In this document: piece by piece, positions 62,151 through 64,000 of the stretch
Position numbering within the stretch: position 1 is the first letter of the stretch
Layout: every line of letters begins with the position of its first letter
Source: Dictyostelium discoideum
Lineage: Eukaryota
Direction of reading: 5' to 3'
Length of the DNA stretch: 64,000 nucleotides
Assembly (NCBI GenBank): GCA_000004695.1
Contig: CM000153.2
Span: 1,280,001-1,344,000, forward strand
Translations under genes and position numbers: made by a program
Notes under the pieces: model-generated
What the model was told of the DNA's origin: nothing
Databases searched by the model: none
The model's input: the letters and a program-made list of their open reading frames with translations, nothing else

Positions 62151-62528
62151 TTTTTTTTTTTTTATATTTTATTATTATAATTTTTTAAACTTTAATATGA
62201 ACACAAGTAAGAATGGAAATTTTTTTTTTGAATTTAAATTCTAAAAAAAAAAAAAAAAAAAAAATCTTTTTGGATCCAGAATAAAAAAAAAATATCAAAA
62301 ACCCATTTTTTGGAAATTGATTTTAATATAATTGAATGTTGGTGGAATTTAAAACCATTTTTTATTTATTTTTATTTTTTTAATTTTTGTTTAAAGAAAA
62401 AAGATTTTTTTTTTTTTTTCCCGTATTCTAAAAAAAAAAAAGATTTTTTTTTTTTTTTCCCTGTATTCTAAAAAAAAAAAAAAAAGAAAAAATAAAGAAA
62501 AAAAAAAAAAAAGTGGAAGAAATTAAAT

Positions 62529-63339
62529 TTAATTTCCAATTTTAATACAAATATTTTTTTGTTCAGTAAAGAAATCAATTGAATGATCACCACCTTCACG
62601 ACCAATACCGGATCTTTTAACGCCACCAAATGGAGTACGTAAATCACGAATTAACCAACAATTAACCCAACAAATACCACAATCAATCTTTGAAGCTACA
62701 CGATGACAACGATCAACATTTTGACTCCATAATGAAGAGGCTAAACCATATTCAACATCATTTGCATATTGAATAACTTGTTGTTCAGTTGAGAAAGAAG
62801 TGATGGTAATGACAGGACCGAATATTTCCTCTTTTAACACTCTACTAGTTAATGGATTTAAACCAATGATAACAGTTGGTTCATAGAAATAACCATTCTT
62901 TAAATTTTCATTTTCATTACCACCGAAAATAGCGGATAACTCTGGTCTCTTACCACCACATAAAATTGTACCGCCTTCATCTTTTGCCAATTGAACGTAG
63001 TATTCAATCTTTTTCAAATGATCTTCACTAATTAATGCTCCCATTCCACTCTTTTCAGATTTTGGATCACCAACAACAATCTTTTTAGTCTTTTCTACAA
63101 ATTGTTCTACAAATTTATCAAAGATACCTTCTTGAACATATAATCTAGATGTACATAAACAAATTTCACCTTGATTTGAAAATGATGATCTTACTGATGT
63201 CTCTACACATTCTTCAAATTTACAATCATCAAAAATTATACCTGGATTCTTTCCACCTAATTCTAAACTTAATTTTTTATTTAATGGTGATGCTTGCTAA
63301 AAAAAAAAAAAAAAAAAAAATATTAGTAATTTATAAGAT

Positions 63340-63372
<33 letters not shown>

Positions 63373-63735
63373 TTTTAAACTTACTTGTTGAATGATTTCA
63401 CCAGTTTTTGTACCACCAGTGAAAGAGATTAAAGGTACATCTGAATGTCTAACCAAAGGACTACCAGCATTTGGACCATTACCAAAAACAATATTAACAA
63501 CACCACGTGGTAAACCAACAGTGTTAAACACTTCACCTAATAAATGAGCAGTTGCTGGTGTCATTTCTGATGGTTTACAAACACATGTATTACCAGTTGC
63601 AATTGCTGGTGCAATCTTCCATGTTAATAAATATAATGGTAAATCTAAAATATAATTAAAAAAGTTAATTTTTGTTAGTTATTACTACTATTATACTACC
63701 ACTACCACTATTAATAATAATTGTTGTTGTTGTGG

Positions 63736-63776
<41 letters not shown>

Positions 63777-64000
63777 ATTGTTGTTGTTGTTGTTGTTGTT
63801 TAAAAACTAGATACATTACTCCATGGCGAAATTAAACCACAAACACCTACTGGACTTCTTAATGTATAATTTAAAACATTTGGTAATGGACCAACAGTAG
63901 ATTCATTTTGATGATGTAAGATTGCACCTGCAAAGAATCTAAAATTATAAATTGATCTTGGAATTTCAATTGTTGTTGCTGTTGTAATGGTTTTACCTTG
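62529..64000 (-). CDS. Aldehyde dehydrogenase (ALDH superfamily). The C-terminal about 400 aa are present; the 5' end runs beyond the window. Exons on the minus strand: …64000..63820, 63644..63385, 63296..62529.
   Basis: ALDH motifs: ISPWN|LPLYLLTWKIAPAIATGNTCVCKPSE, FTGGTKTGEII, ELGGKNPGIIF, NQGEICLC (catalytic Cys region), EEIFGPV and PFGGVKRSGIGREGG. Donors are GTAATG(63819) and GTAAGT(63384); intron phases are 1 and 0. Confidence 0.85.

Noticed and set aside
63721-63800. (GTT/TTG)n repeat that could encode poly-Gln on the minus strand
   Set aside because: It falls inside the ALDH intron, between GTAATG at 63819 and the acceptor at 63645. The ALDH alignment has no poly-Q there.

Overview
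The window is AT-rich (roughly 75-80% A+T) eukaryotic nuclear DNA. It has short spliceosomal introns (GTAAGT…AG, plus a few weaker donors), long homopolymeric A/T intergenic tracts and abundant triplet repeats encoding poly-Asn/Gln/Ser/Asp. That signature points to a dictyostelid social amoeba, Dictyostelium discoideum-like. There are no prokaryotic operons, CRISPR arrays or tRNA cloverleaves.

I can support about 20 protein-coding genes. In order they are:
- a PurC–PurE–PurK tri-domain purine-biosynthesis gene with 4 exons;
- a secreted alpha/beta-hydrolase-like protein;
- a YeeE/YedE-type membrane protein;
- a tandem pair of paralogous LRR–IPT/TIG–EGF–TM receptor-like genes;
- a cathepsin B-like cysteine protease;
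- a frameshifted pseudogene that converges on a 1,449-aa poly-Asn/ankyrin-like protein on the opposite strand;
- a small 4-exon NADAR (YbiA-like) gene;
- a Ser/Thr kinase;
- a poly-His/Gln/Asn/Ser low-complexity protein;
- a ~10.4-kb tandemly duplicated module;
- a short-chain dehydrogenase/reductase;
- a Sec1/Munc18 homologue;
- an RBR (RING-IBR-RING) E3 ligase with a giant poly-Q tail;
- a small two-exon membrane protein;
- the 3' part of an aldehyde dehydrogenase, which runs off the window.

Each copy of the duplicated module holds a 2,499-aa highly reducing iterative type I polyketide synthase (KS-AT-DH-CMeT-ER-KR-ACP, 3 exons). It is transcribed divergently from a 482-aa cytochrome P450 (3 exons).

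The most interesting feature is the duplicated PKS/P450 module with the adjacent SDR, which I read as a candidate polyketide biosynthetic gene cluster. The two copies show a mosaic pattern: near-identical exons, strongly diverged introns and promoters, and discrete divergent patches. That pattern suggests gene conversion, and it leaves conserved promoter blocks that can be read as phylogenetic footprints.
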